From an uncultured Candidatus Saccharibacteria bacterium (GTDB taxonomy: Bacteria; Patescibacteriota; Minisyncoccia; UBA6257; 2-01-FULL-56-20), in contig OZ246418.1 of the NCBI GenBank assembly GCA_965231155.1, forward strand, positions 174,850 to 238,849: a DNA stretch of 64,000 nt, given 5' to 3'. The position numbers were made by a program, and so were the translations under genes. Positions 1-9,905 of the stretch are shown in pieces. Below the pieces are notes generated by a model. That model saw nothing but the letters and a program-made list of their open reading frames with translations. It was not told the origin of the DNA and made no database searches. Positions within the stretch are counted from its first letter, which is position 1, and each line of letters begins with the position of its first letter.

Positions 1-754
1 CAATGAGAATAAACTTCCGACCTTCTTTATGCGCTGCAATACCACTCGTACCGCTTCCCCCAAAAGGATCAAGGACCAATCCACTTTCAGGAGAAAGAAG
101 TTTGATAAAAAACCTTGGTAATTCAATTGGGAAAACTGCTGGATGTCCCATATTTTTACCAACTAATGGTATAGAAATAACGTTTGCTGGAAGAACGCTG
201 GCTTTCTCTGTCCATCTAGAAATATTCCTACCAAAACCACTCCTATTTTCTGAATTGTGTCTGTTTGAGTCATTTTTACCCAACTTTGCTAGTCTAGATT
301 TTGACCAGTCTCCTATAGGTTGCTTTACTGCTTCAAAATTGATAAATGGTCTCTTGCTTCTAGAGAGATGGAAACAATATTCCCACCCATCCCTAAGTCG
401 AGTGGGCCAAAAACCGGGCATGGGATTCGGCTTGTGCCAAATATAATCTTCGATTGCGTACCAACCCAAATTACTCAACGCACTGATAGTATCCCACACA
501 TATCTATGCCGAGTGCCATTAACGACTTTGTCTTTGATATTAATTACCAGACTCCCCGAAGGTTTTAATGCTTTTAGAAACGGTTCGTGAAACTCAAGGA
601 ACCAATTTGCATACTGATCAGGATGGATACTATCATAGTGATTCTTTCTGGCATCAGCATAAGGTGGCGATGTCACGATAAGATCAACCTGTCCAGAAAA
701 GTTTTGCAAAACCCTTCGACTGTCTCCAAGAATTATCTGATTAGAAATTTTCAT
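1..754 (-). CDS. DNA methyltransferase, beta-class amino-MTase (N4-cytosine or N6-adenine), 5' part; runs off the left edge of the window
   Basis: Own minus-strand translation from the ATG at 754-752 reads MKISNQIILGDSRRVLQNFSGQVDLIVTSPPYADARKNHYDS..., with catalytic motif IV (TSPPY). Near the window edge it reads ...LDPFGGSGTSGIAAHKEGRKFILI, which is SAM-binding motif I (FxGxG) placed C-terminal as in beta-class MTases. The ATG overlaps the stop of the upstream ORF by 4 bp (ATGA). It was absent from the ORF track because it has no in-window stop. Confidence 0.8.
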   Translation of the reverse strand, partial: MKISNQIILGDSRRVLQNFSGQVDLIVTSPPYADARKNHYDSIHPDQYANWFLEFHEPFLKALKPSGSLVINIKDKVVNGTRHRYVWDTISALSNLGWYAIEDYIWHKPNPMPGFWPTRLRDGWEYCFHLSRSKRPFINFEAVKQPIGDWSKSRLAKLGKNDSNRHNSENRSGFGRNISRWTEKASVLPANVISIPLVGKNMGHPAVFPIELPRFFIKLLSPESGLVLDPFGGSGTSGIAAHKEGRKFILI

Positions 755-1692
755 GCTTCTTTGGAGTTACAGAATAGATCAATTAATTTCAGAGGATCAT
801 TGAAATTACCATCCTCATCTAGAAGTCCGTAATTCTTGCACTGTTCCCCAAATGCCCCTAAGAGTTCCTCTGGCATATAGACTGTTTCGACTAAATTTGT
901 TTTTCTACCTTCTTCCGTAAGAACTTCAAAAACTGCCTTGGCTATCTCCCTGTATGTATAGTTAGCGAAGAAAGGCCAGAAAAAATCTGATCCCCACACT
1001 TCTGTATTCACAGAGTACGCAGATTTTGTTTTTGCATTACCTCGTATGCTTCGTTGTCCTCTCTCTATTACAATACCAAATATACAAATATAAGGACCGG
1101 AACGATTTTTATCTGTACGTGCTACATCCTCCAAGGCAAAAATTGCTTTGGGCCAATCTTGACCACCCATTGTATTTGAACGGTTCTTTATAGAAACATA
1201 GATATTGAGAGTTTTATTTTCATCTAGAAGCTTCATTGTTGCATTGAAGTCTGCTTCAGCAGCTCCAATATCTGAAATTGTAGTGAACCTCTTCGAGCTC
1301 AGCGCGCAATCTTTGGCAATGAACTGATACCGCCACCCGGAATTCATTCGTTCTTTTTGTAAGGTCTGGTTACGAAACTGCTCTTTAGCAATTACACTGA
1401 AATGTCTTCCGAGGCAGTCGTAGGCGGAAGTAGCAGGATCTCCATAATATTTCCTGAAATAATCAAAGAGCTTCTTTCCTTTCAGCTTATATATTTTTAT
1501 TCTTTCTTCCCTAGGAGTCTCCTCCGGGATCTCTAAAATTGCACGACTAGATTTTTTACCGGCTCTCAATATAGCTTCTTTGATAATCGCTTTGAGCTTA
1601 GTGCTAGAAATTCTGTTTTTATGACTCGGTAGCTTCGAAACATCTAAGAAGCTCTTCTCGTCACGGGGATATGCCTGAGGTCCATTTGCCAT
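751..1692 (-). CDS. hypothetical protein; putative Type II restriction endonuclease partner of the downstream MTase
   Basis: 313-aa ORF immediately upstream of the MTase and translationally coupled to it (4-bp ATGA overlap). No recognisable housekeeping motif. The call is by genomic context only. Confidence 0.4.
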   Translation of the reverse strand: MANGPQAYPRDEKSFLDVSKLPSHKNRISSTKLKAIIKEAILRAGKKSSRAILEIPEETPREERIKIYKLKGKKLFDYFRKYYGDPATSAYDCLGRHFSVIAKEQFRNQTLQKERMNSGWRYQFIAKDCALSSKRFTTISDIGAAEADFNATMKLLDENKTLNIYVSIKNRSNTMGGQDWPKAIFALEDVARTDKNRSGPYICIFGIVIERGQRSIRGNAKTKSAYSVNTEVWGSDFFWPFFANYTYREIAKAVFEVLTEEGRKTNLVETVYMPEELLGAFGEQCKNYGLLDEDGNFNDPLKLIDLFCNSKEA

Positions 1693-1916
1693 ACCCTAAG
1701 GTTAGCAAATCTAGTGCATTTTACCATCGACAACAGTTGTTGTATTTTTTGCAACAACTAAACTTGGATATCAAAGGGAGAGGGAGGGCACTACGCTATT
1801 CGAACGCGCTCGCTCTACTCGCTTCTCAAAACCTTCGGTTTTGAGTAATTTCCGACACGGGAAACCAATCGTGGTTTCCCGACCCCTTCCGCTGTTCGAA
1901 TACCTCCGCTCACTAT

Positions 1917-1951
1917 AGCAAAAATGACACTCACAAGGAATGTCATTTTTA
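1917..1951 (-). terminator. hairpin plus T-run immediately 3' of tRNA-Ser
   Basis: aaaatgaca...tgtcatttt inverted repeat (9-bp stem) followed on the minus strand by TTTTT. Confidence 0.5.
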
Positions 1952-1955
1952 CTAC

Positions 1956-2044
1956 GGCGGAGAGGGAGGGATTCGAACCCTCGGTACCGGTGAAGGTACA
2001 CAGTCTTTCCAGGACTGCCAATTAAACCACTCTTGCACCTCTCC
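1956..2044 (-). tRNA. tRNA-Ser (anticodon GGA), type II tRNA with long variable arm
   Basis: Reverse complement folds as a cloverleaf: GGAGAGG acceptor stem pairs with CCTCTCC, D-stem 3 bp, anticodon stem CAGTC/GACTG with loop CTGGAAA (U33, GGA, A37), long variable arm, T-loop GGTTCGAATCC, discriminator G then CC. Confidence 0.85.
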
Positions 2045-2094
2045 TTTGGTGTACGCTAGATAGTATACCGACTTTCTTAGCTTGGCAAAACTTC

Positions 2095-2787
2095 CTAAGA
2101 GATAATCGTGCCCACAAACTCCTTGCCATCGATCAGCGCGGAGAAGTTCTTCAGATCACGACCGTCCATGATGATGGCTTTGATTCCTTCCTTCTCGCCC
2201 AAGCGAGCAGCCACGGGATCAACTGGCGAGTGAAAACCTGGGCTCCACTTTTTGGGGATGAGCGAACGGTACTTTTCCCAAGAGATCGTCTCAAACGGTT
2301 TGGCGTCTTTGTATTTCACAAAGTCTTTGTCGTAGACATGACTCGGCTTTCCAGCCACGATCACTTCGCTGGCGTCGAAATCAACGGCTAAGGCGACGGA
2401 GATGAAATCAGTGGACCAGCCTGGGCGCCAGCCGGAGGCGATGGTTACGGGATACTTCAACTTCTTGGTTTTATAGCGAGAGTCAATGACGACAGGATCG
2501 GCGATGTCTTCAAAGACGGTGCGGAGAAGATGGCCGTTCAAGCGGGTGGCGTGGATGCCAATCCAGTCTTTGTCCTCGTCGGTCACTTCGGCAATCTCGG
2601 CGGCGGCTTTTTGATATAAGCGACTGACTCGTCCCCCACCAACCACAATCACAAACTGTTTTCCTTTTTTAACGTACTTACGAATTATCTTCGTAAACTC
2701 CAGAATAAACTTCGTATCAATTTCTTCGGGGTAGAGAATAGATCCCCCGAGGGCGATGACAATAGTTTTACTGAAGCGGTGTTTCAT
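2095..2787 (-). CDS. pyrH: uridylate (UMP) kinase, archaeal-type amino-acid-kinase fold
   Basis: IVIALGGS, FVIVVGGG, IGIHATRLNGHLL and ASGWRPGWSTD motifs; length 230 aa. Confidence 0.7.
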   Translation of the reverse strand: MKHRFSKTIVIALGGSILYPEEIDTKFILEFTKIIRKYVKKGKQFVIVVGGGRVSRLYQKAAAEIAEVTDEDKDWIGIHATRLNGHLLRTVFEDIADPVVIDSRYKTKKLKYPVTIASGWRPGWSTDFISVALAVDFDASEVIVAGKPSHVYDKDFVKYKDAKPFETISWEKYRSLIPKKWSPGFHSPVDPVAARLGEKEGIKAIIMDGRDLKNFSALIDGKEFVGTIIS

Positions 2788-3622
2788 CTTTTTTGGAATC
2801 TACAACGATAGGAAAGTTCATCCAGATAGCGAGTAGGGTAAGGAGGGTCAAAATGATCTGGCTGAAGAAAATGGCAGGGAGAATTGGCAGAGCTACAAAA
2901 ACGAGATTAACCAGAATTCCCAGAGTCATGGCATGCAGTCCAATCTGATATGACTGCTTATAACTAAACTTTCGGCCACGCAGTCGACCAATCGCCATAA
3001 TAAACAGAGCTCCGAGAAGAAGTCCAAGGGCCAGCATGGCAGAAAACCACAGACTGACAAAGAAAATTCCGCCGACAATCAGGAACGGCACCCAGGCAAG
3101 CAAGGGGGTCGCCTCTCCAATCCAACTCACCACCTGCGCTCTATTAATCACCGCATCGGGGATATCTTTCAGAGATTCTGAATCTTCGATACCGCCCTTC
3201 TCGTTGGCCACATAGATCGTATCCTTGGTTGCATACAGCAATGTATTTGCTGTCTTGAAACGCGCTTCATCAAATGGATTCTTTGGGTCGATGACTAAAA
3301 AGTTCTGAGGGAGGCCTGGCGTTGAGCTCCCAAGTGTGAGAGGAATCACGGCCGGCTCTTCGGTGTTTGTGGAGATCTGTCCGGCTTTGATGGTTACTAC
3401 CAAATTCTCGGGAAACCGAGAAACAAGTTCCGGACCGAAGTTATCAAGCGCAGTTCTTACAATTGGCAGGAGGCGGAACGAGACCACGGTACTCACGAAA
3501 AGCGCCACCATTAAGGAGAGTGAGATGAAGTATACAAATGAACTGGAAAGTTTTTCCGTGAGCACTTTCTCGTAGTATGCAACGTTATAAATACTGTCCT
3601 GGATTTCTTTGAAGATAGACAT
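2768..3622 (-). CDS. DUF1189-like integral membrane protein
   Basis: N-terminal MSIFKEIQDSIYN... followed by an extracytoplasmic segment and C-terminal TM helices. Family assignment is tentative. Confidence 0.45.
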   Translation of the reverse strand: MSIFKEIQDSIYNVAYYEKVLTEKLSSSFVYFISLSLMVALFVSTVVSFRLLPIVRTALDNFGPELVSRFPENLVVTIKAGQISTNTEEPAVIPLTLGSSTPGLPQNFLVIDPKNPFDEARFKTANTLLYATKDTIYVANEKGGIEDSESLKDIPDAVINRAQVVSWIGEATPLLAWVPFLIVGGIFFVSLWFSAMLALGLLLGALFIMAIGRLRGRKFSYKQSYQIGLHAMTLGILVNLVFVALPILPAIFFSQIILTLLTLLAIWMNFPIVVDSKKDETPLQ

Positions 3623-3635
3623 GATTTTTATTCTA

Positions 3636-4532
3636 TTACTTTATTTCTATTCCTTTAAGGGCGGCGATACGTTCCTCGATCGGTGGATGGGTCATAAATA
3701 TCTTATGAAACCAGGAGGTCTTCTCCTCCCCTGCGAACGGATCATCAATCCAGAGGTGCGAGGTGGTGTTGTTGGCGATCGACATTGGCGTGACGTCGGC
3801 GGAGATTTTTCTAAGGGCGCTTGCCAAACCTTCAGGATATCGGGTGAGCAGTGCGCCAGAGGTGTCAGCCAGAAACTCTCGGCGACGGGAAACCGCTAAA
3901 CGCATCAGCGTGGCAGAGATTGGCGCGAGAATGGCGATCGCAATGGCCGCAATATAAAACACTGGTGGGACCTGGCGATCTCGATCACGATGCCCCCAGA
4001 ACATCGAACGCAAAAACATATCGCTAATCAAAGAAATGAAACCGACGAGGATGACGGCTGCGGTGCCAATCAACATATCGCGATTACCAATGTGCGACAT
4101 CTCATGCGCCAGGACGCCTTCGAGCTCGGCGCGATCGAGTTTATTGAGTAGTCCTTCGGTCACCGCGATCACGGCGTGTTCTGGATTGCGCCCAGTGGCA
4201 AAGGCATTGAGGGCTGACTCGTGGATAATGTAGAGCTTCGGCATTGGCAAGCCGGCAGTAATCGAGAGGTTCTCGACGATACGATACAGCTCGGGATTCG
4301 TCTTCATATCAACTGGCTCAGCGTGCGCCATCGAGAGCACGATCTTATCTGAGTACCAGTAACTGACAAAGCTAGTGAGAAAAGAAAATCCTACGGCAAA
4401 ATAGAGGATGCCCGGATCACCATAGACCTGCGAAAACACCCAGCCCACGCCGATGATAAAGATGAGAAAAACAGAGAACAAAAGGAAAGTCTTTCTGATA
4501 TTAGACTCTTTTTGCGTATAGAGAGAAACCAT
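3636..4532 (-). CDS. htpX: zinc metalloprotease HtpX (M48 family)
   Basis: HEMSHIGNRD zinc-binding HExxH motif flanked by TM helices. Adjacent to lemA, as is common. Confidence 0.9.
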   Translation of the reverse strand: MVSLYTQKESNIRKTFLLFSVFLIFIIGVGWVFSQVYGDPGILYFAVGFSFLTSFVSYWYSDKIVLSMAHAEPVDMKTNPELYRIVENLSITAGLPMPKLYIIHESALNAFATGRNPEHAVIAVTEGLLNKLDRAELEGVLAHEMSHIGNRDMLIGTAAVILVGFISLISDMFLRSMFWGHRDRDRQVPPVFYIAAIAIAILAPISATLMRLAVSRRREFLADTSGALLTRYPEGLASALRKISADVTPMSIANNTTSHLWIDDPFAGEEKTSWFHKIFMTHPPIEERIAALKGIEIK

Positions 4533-5083
4533 TAGAACTTAACCTGGACTGGAGCTTTTTCTTTTTCGTCCTCAACCTCGAAGAACTTTTCAGAGAAGAA
4601 TCCGAACGAACTGGCGATCATATTCGAAGGGAAGGTCTCGATCATAGTGTTCAGATCACGGACTGTGCCGTTATAGAACCGACGAGCGGCCTGGATCTTA
4701 TTCTCAGTGTCTGACAACTCGCGCTGTAACTCTAAGAAGTTTGTGTTGGCCTTAAGATCAGGATAGTTTTCAGCTACTGCAAACAACGTCTTCAAAGTGC
4801 CGGTTAACATATTCTCCGACTCAGCACGATCTAAGGCACTGCCCGAAGCACCACTCACCGCCGCCCGGGCTTTGGTGACATTTTCTAAAACACCCTGCTC
4901 GTGTGAAAGATACCCCTTCACTGTTTCCACTAAGTTTGGGATCAGATCAAAACGACGCTTCAGCTGTACATCAATATCCGAGATGGCCTCCTGTGCTCGA
5001 AAACGCAAAGTGACCAAACGGTTATAGGCATACACCAACCATAAGGCGAGCAAAACTGGGATTCCAATAATAATGAATGTCAT
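4532..5083 (-). CDS. lemA: LemA family protein
   Basis: N-terminal TM helix followed by YNRLVTLRFRAQEAISDIDVQLKRRFDLIPNLVETVKGY, a LemA signature. Confidence 0.85.
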   Translation of the reverse strand: MTFIIIGIPVLLALWLVYAYNRLVTLRFRAQEAISDIDVQLKRRFDLIPNLVETVKGYLSHEQGVLENVTKARAAVSGASGSALDRAESENMLTGTLKTLFAVAENYPDLKANTNFLELQRELSDTENKIQAARRFYNGTVRDLNTMIETFPSNMIASSFGFFSEKFFEVEDEKEKAPVQVKF

Positions 5084-5191
5084 AGTTCCTGGATTATATC
5101 ACATCATACTCAAAATCAAACAGGCCACTCCTTGACAACATTCACTTTCTTCATATATAGTAAGATCAGCACAACGAAAGGAGGTCTCATC

Positions 5192-5611
5192 ATGCAAATG
5201 AAGAGATCCATTGTAGCTCTATTGGGATTGGTTGTTGCAGTAATCGCCGCCAGCCCCAAGCGAACTAACGCGCAAGATTCTCTGTGTAACATCGAAAGTC
5301 CGACTATCCTAGTCGGTCAGGCCTCGTGGTATGGTCCCCGGTTTCACGGGAAAAAGACAGCCACAGGAAAGGTGTTCGACCAGAACGACCCTTCAATGGC
5401 CGCTTGCCTCGATGGGTTCAAGAATGCCTGTCTTCGAGTGACTAACCTGGAAAATCGCCGCTCACTCACGGTTGCTTGTAGAGACACGGGTAGCTTCTGT
5501 GAAAAATACGGAAGGATCATCGATCTCTCCGAAGCAGGAGCAATCCGCCTCGGGTATAAGACCCGAGGAGAAGCAGACGTCAGAGTCGAACCTGTGGCAT
5601 GTGAATCGTAA
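5192..5611 (+). CDS. RlpA-like double-psi beta-barrel (DPBB) lipoprotein
   Basis: Signal peptide then ASWYGPRFHGKKTATGKVFDQNDPSMAA...VTNLENRRSLTVACRDTGSF, an RlpA/DPBB pattern. Start moved to the ATG at 5192, which is preceded by an AAGGAGG RBS. Confidence 0.7.
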   Translation: MQMKRSIVALLGLVVAVIAASPKRTNAQDSLCNIESPTILVGQASWYGPRFHGKKTATGKVFDQNDPSMAACLDGFKNACLRVTNLENRRSLTVACRDTGSFCEKYGRIIDLSEAGAIRLGYKTRGEADVRVEPVACES

Positions 5612-5631
5612 CGCGTTAGTTCCCCCCCCAT

Positions 5632-5668
5632 GAAAAAGGCCCGTGCGCATCCAGCGTATCGGGCCTTT
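5632..5668 (-). terminator. intrinsic terminator downstream of groEL
   Basis: AGGCCCG...CGGGCCT inverted repeat followed on the minus strand by TTTTTC. Confidence 0.5.
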
Positions 5669-5750
5669 CCTACATTCAGTAAGCCTTTATGAGTATTTTG
5701 ATCCGAAAACCTATAAAGGAAGTCCTAGATTTTTGGATAAAAGATACGAA

Positions 5751-7400
5751 CTAGTAGCCCATGCCACCCATCCCCGGCATACCACCTCCCATACCAGCAT
5801 TCTTATCTTCCTTCTCTGGAATGTTTGTAAGCGCGGCGCCAATAGTCAGATAGGTTGAAGCCACTGAGACCGAGGAAACCAGAGCGGTCTTTGTCACCTT
5901 CAGCGGATCGATAATCCCCGCTTCTTTTAGATCGCCAATCTTATTGGTAATGCCATTAAAGCCAGTCCAACGATCACCCTTGGCTCGCTTCTTCAGTTCT
6001 CCCAACACTGCTTCGGCTGACTCACCGCTGTTGTGTAAGATGGCACGAATTGGTGCTTCTAAGGTTTTCATCAAGATCAGATGCGCAGCTTTCGCCACCT
6101 CATCTTTCTTTTCTACATCAGCCATATCCAAAGAAACATTATAGAGCGCGATTCCACCGCCAGGGACGATACCTTCTTCCATGGCAGCGCGTGTGGCAGC
6201 AACCGCATCTTCCACTCGTTGCTTCAGCTCCTTCTGAGCAGACTCGGTTGCGGCACCAACTTTAATAACGGCCACACCACCAGAAAGTTTGCCCAATCGC
6301 TCCTGCAACTTCTCCTTGTCGAAATCAGAATCGGTCTTCTGAATCTGAGCTTTAATCTGCGAAACTCGACTATCGATTTCTTTTTTATCGCCCTTACCAT
6401 CAACGATGGTAGTGGAGTCCTTTGTAGACACAACACGATGCGCGTGGCCGAGGTCTTCGAGCGTAACATTCTCTAACTTCTTGCCGAGATCTTCAGATAC
6501 GAACGAAGCGCCGGTGACGATCGCGATATCCTGCAACATCTCCTTCCGGCGATCACCAAAACCAGGAGCCTTCACCGCTAACACGTTGAAGATGCCACGG
6601 AGCTTGTTCAGAACAAGCGTCGCCAAAGCCTCACCCTCAACCTCTTCAGCAATAATTACCAACTCCTTCTTGCCACTCTGTACAATCTTTTCTAAGAGAG
6701 CCAGAATCTCCTGAATCGAAGAAATCTTCTTGTCAGTTACTAAGATATATGGATCTTCGAGAGCCGCTTCCATGCGCTCCTGATTAGAAATCATATACTG
6801 CGAAACATATCCGCGATCAAACTGCATACCCTCCACCAACTCATACGAGTTCGCCAAGGTATTCGAATCTTCAATAGTAACTACACCATCCTTACCAATC
6901 TTTCCCATTACTTCGGCGATTAATCCGCCAATCTCTGCGTCCTTCGCAGAAAGAGTGGCAACTTCTTTTACCTTTTTGTTGTCGTTAATAAGTTCTTTCT
7001 GGGTCTCCAAGGCCTTGATAATAGAAGTGCTTTCTTTCTTCAGCTCTTCGGCCAAGTGAATAACATTAAAACCTTTTTCGCGAATGGCTTTCTCACCCTC
7101 ATCGATCATGGCCTGAGCCAGCACGACAGAGGTCGTTGTGCCATCACCGACATTGTCGTTGGTTTTGTCAGCGGCCTGTTTAATAAACTCGGCGCCAAGA
7201 TTTTCGTACTTGTCTTCAAGTTCAACTTCCTTAGCGACGGTTACACCATCAAGTGTCACCTGCGGTGCGCCATAGCCTTTTTCAATCACTACCGCACGAC
7301 CACGAGGCCCAAGAGTCATCTTCACTGCTTCGGCCAACTTGTCGATACCCTTCTTCATCGCGGCTCGCGCCTCTTCGTTAAACAAAATTTGTTTTGCCAT
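5751..7400 (-). CDS. groL: chaperonin GroEL (60 kDa)
   Basis: [27 protein letters not shown]...; Gly/Met-rich C-terminal tail; 549 aa. Confidence 0.98.
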   Translation of the reverse strand: MAKQILFNEEARAAMKKGIDKLAEAVKMTLGPRGRAVVIEKGYGAPQVTLDGVTVAKEVELEDKYENLGAEFIKQAADKTNDNVGDGTTTSVVLAQAMIDEGEKAIREKGFNVIHLAEELKKESTSIIKALETQKELINDNKKVKEVATLSAKDAEIGGLIAEVMGKIGKDGVVTIEDSNTLANSYELVEGMQFDRGYVSQYMISNQERMEAALEDPYILVTDKKISSIQEILALLEKIVQSGKKELVIIAEEVEGEALATLVLNKLRGIFNVLAVKAPGFGDRRKEMLQDIAIVTGASFVSEDLGKKLENVTLEDLGHAHRVVSTKDSTTIVDGKGDKKEIDSRVSQIKAQIQKTDSDFDKEKLQERLGKLSGGVAVIKVGAATESAQKELKQRVEDAVAATRAAMEEGIVPGGGIALYNVSLDMADVEKKDEVAKAAHLILMKTLEAPIRAILHNSGESAEAVLGELKKRAKGDRWTGFNGITNKIGDLKEAGIIDPLKVTKTALVSSVSVASTYLTIGAALTNIPEKEDKNAGMGGGMPGMGGMGY

Positions 7401-7438
7401 AGTGTTTCAGATTTATACGTTTTTAAAAAGACCTTTTA

Positions 7439-7732
7439 TTACTCCAGGATCGCGAGGATATCGTCCTCATCGCCAACCATATACTTCTTGCCGTCGAGCT
7501 CCACCTCGTCTGGACCATATTTCTTGAATAAGACGGTGTCGCCCACCTTCACCGACATTGGGATTCGGGCATCTCCATCCTCGTTCATCTTGCCTGGACC
7601 AATAGCGATAACCTTCCCTCTTACTGGGCGTTCTTTCTCGGCTGAATCTGGCAAAACAATCCCCGACTGCGTAACCTTTTCCGCCTCCAAAGGCTCAATA
7701 AAAAGGTGATTTGATAATGGCTTTACGTTCAT
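7439..7732 (-). CDS. groS: co-chaperonin GroES (10 kDa)
   Basis: 97 aa with the GroES mobile-loop and roof motifs; immediately upstream of groEL. Confidence 0.97.
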   Translation of the reverse strand: MNVKPLSNHLFIEPLEAEKVTQSGIVLPDSAEKERPVRGKVIAIGPGKMNEDGDARIPMSVKVGDTVLFKKYGPDEVELDGKKYMVGDEDDILAILE

Positions 7733-7975
7733 TTTTTTAAAATAAATTGGTTTACAATCGACCTAGTTATTAGTTAATAAGGTGGCTTAATCATAGGGAA
7801 AATTGACGCATAGTCAAGGTTCTCTCGGGTTTTCTTGGCTAGAACACGGATAGAATTCTCACTGAATTCTTCCTATACTCCCACCGCCGTGGTCCGTAAT
7901 GATCTAGCCAACAAAACCCTCGATCAAGGGGCAAAAGGAGACTTCCCTGTCGCTCCTTGGGTCACTGATTCGAAC

Positions 7976-8938
7976 CTAGGAGGTGGCGAAGTATCTTTTC
8001 CAAATCCAATGACTAAACCGCCAGCCGAGAATAATCGCAAGGAGCAAAGTGCCAAGCCACAAGATTAGAACTGGAAGATAGAAGAGGATACGGACGATAC
8101 TATCTATATAACCAGCCAGACCCGTAACCATATTTCTGAACGCCTGTTTGATAGTAAATAACGGCCGCCAGCGAAAACCGAACACTTCAACATCAGCTTC
8201 GGAAGTGAGGGAGATGGTGATGGTCGACATATCAATCTGGCGGGAGAGATAGGTAAGCTGTCCCTGAACCTGCTCGATCTGTCCGCGAACCGAATTAAGT
8301 TCTCTTTGAACTTTTAACGTCTCCTCAACTGTAACCGCGCGCTTCATAATCTCGAGAAACTGACTTTCACCAGCTTTCAGGTTTCGCAAGCGGGCTTCTA
8401 AATCAACAAACTGGTCAGTTACGTCGCTTGCGGAAAGATTCTCGCGTTCAACCTTGATAGCCAGTTTTTTAATCTCTGCCACGGCGGCGTCAAACTGATC
8501 AGCGGGCAGTCTTATGGTGACCGAACCGGTTTTCATGCCATCGGCCACTTCATAAATGTTGGCTGAGTTTATAAACCCTTTAAACTGTGTGGCAATACCT
8601 TTCAGTTTTTCCGCTGCTTCTTCGGCTTTCCCCACAATCAAACTCAAACTGCCATTCTTAATGACTTTGCGATCAATGGCACTGTTCTGAGAAGTCTGAT
8701 TACCACTATTTATTTCTCTATAACTTTCAGTAGAGCCCATCTCCTGAGAAAATTCCCCTGCCCCGCCGGAAGATGGTGCGGCATAATAGTCTGAATAACC
8801 GGGAGCAATCGATGCTGACTTAAAAGCTGATGGCCTTAGGGAGGTAGAGAAAAAAACTATTGCAAGAATCGCTAATACCCCGAAAAAGGCCAACAACACA
8901 ACTACTCCTTTTTTAATTTTCTGAAGCCAGTTCGTCAT
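7976..8938 (-). CDS. DUF4349 domain protein with C-terminal TM anchor
   Basis: Coiled-coil core ...DVTDQFVDLEARLRNLKAGESQFLEIMKRA..VEETLKVQRELNSVRGQIE... typical of DUF4349; terminal TM helix. Confidence 0.7.
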   Translation of the reverse strand: MTNWLQKIKKGVVVLLAFFGVLAILAIVFFSTSLRPSAFKSASIAPGYSDYYAAPSSGGAGEFSQEMGSTESYREINSGNQTSQNSAIDRKVIKNGSLSLIVGKAEEAAEKLKGIATQFKGFINSANIYEVADGMKTGSVTIRLPADQFDAAVAEIKKLAIKVERENLSASDVTDQFVDLEARLRNLKAGESQFLEIMKRAVTVEETLKVQRELNSVRGQIEQVQGQLTYLSRQIDMSTITISLTSEADVEVFGFRWRPLFTIKQAFRNMVTGLAGYIDSIVRILFYLPVLILWLGTLLLAIILGWRFSHWIWKRYFATS

Positions 8939-8967
8939 ATGCAGTTATTATACTATACTACTCCGAA

Positions 8968-9885
8968 CTACCCTTTCACTACCCTGTCGTAGATATTCAG
9001 AACTGCCTTCACCGCATCACCGGCTGAGATGTTGTTTTGCTTGTAGAGAACATCAGAAACATCCCCCACCGCCCAGATGCGCGGATGAGAAGTCTGCTGA
9101 GTGCGCGGATCGGCAACAACCTCGCCAACTTCGTTGAGCTTCACCAAGTCTTTCACAAAATCAGAGTTTGGCAGTGCGCCAATCTCGATGAACACTCCTT
9201 GGAGTTCTAGTTTTTTCTCTTCATTTGTTTTTGCATCCTGATAGATTAATCCTTCGACAGCATCAGTTCCCACAATGGCCTTTGTTTCAGCTTGCGTGAT
9301 GATTTCTACTTTTGGCTCACTCTTAATTTTTTCCTGAGTGACCGCATCTCCTTTCAGTCCAGTAGATCGCTCGAGGAGTGTAATTTTCGTAGCATAGGGA
9401 AGAAGATCTAGAACTGCTTCCAACCCGGCATTTCCTCCACCGACTACCGCCACGGTTTTGTCTTTAAAAATCGGTGCGTCACAAATGGAACAATATGCCA
9501 CACCTCGGCCGTCGAGTTCGTGTTCGCCAGGAACATTCAGTTTGCGTCGTCGACTTCCTGAGGCAAGCAGGAGATATTTCGTTTCTATTTTTTTGCCCGA
9601 TGTGGTTTCGAGAACTAAGTAATCTGCGTGATCAGAAACAGCAGATATACGATCGCCCTCAATAATTTCAATCCCCTCCTGAGCCCGAAGATGTTCTTCA
9701 AGAGATTTTCCCAGATCAAAACCGGAAATAGATTTCGTCCCAATCCAGTTCTGCACATCAGCCGAAACAACCGACTGACCGCCAAACTCCTCGGCAACCA
9801 GGGCCACTTTTATTTTTTTACGAGCAGCGTAGACTCCCGCGGCTACACCACCAGGGCCACCGCCAATAATAACAAGGTCGTACAT
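8968..9885 (-). CDS. trxB: thioredoxin-disulfide reductase
   Basis: N-terminal FAD site VIIGGGPGGVAAGVYAARK, redox-active CSICD, second Rossmann motif VAVVGGGNAGLE. Confidence 0.85.
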   Translation of the reverse strand: MYDLVIIGGGPGGVAAGVYAARKKIKVALVAEEFGGQSVVSADVQNWIGTKSISGFDLGKSLEEHLRAQEGIEIIEGDRISAVSDHADYLVLETTSGKKIETKYLLLASGSRRRKLNVPGEHELDGRGVAYCSICDAPIFKDKTVAVVGGGNAGLEAVLDLLPYATKITLLERSTGLKGDAVTQEKIKSEPKVEIITQAETKAIVGTDAVEGLIYQDAKTNEEKKLELQGVFIEIGALPNSDFVKDLVKLNEVGEVVADPRTQQTSHPRIWAVGDVSDVLYKQNNISAGDAVKAVLNIYDRVVKG

Positions 9886-9905
9886 TATAAAACTCTATTT
9901 AAAAC

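Noticed and set aside
3-832. Plus-strand ORFs 3..446, 320..568 and 587..832 at the left edge
   Set aside because: They lie antisense to a clearly motif-bearing minus-strand DNA methyltransferase (SPPY and FxGxG motifs) and their products show no protein-like features. They are spurious antisense frames.
1771-2021. Minus-strand ORFs 1771..2001 and 1815..2021
   Set aside because: They overlap tRNA-Ser(GGA) and the structured region downstream of it. Both have GTG/TTG starts and no coding signal.
6050-7709. ORFs antisense to groEL (6081..6476, 7056..7709 etc.)
   Set aside because: They are antisense frames within a highly conserved chaperonin gene.
7733-7975. CIRCE/HrcA operator upstream of groES
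   Set aside because: No TTAGCACTC-N9-GAGTGCTAA-like inverted repeat was found. Only a sigma70-like TTGACT-N16-TATGAT promoter candidate is present.
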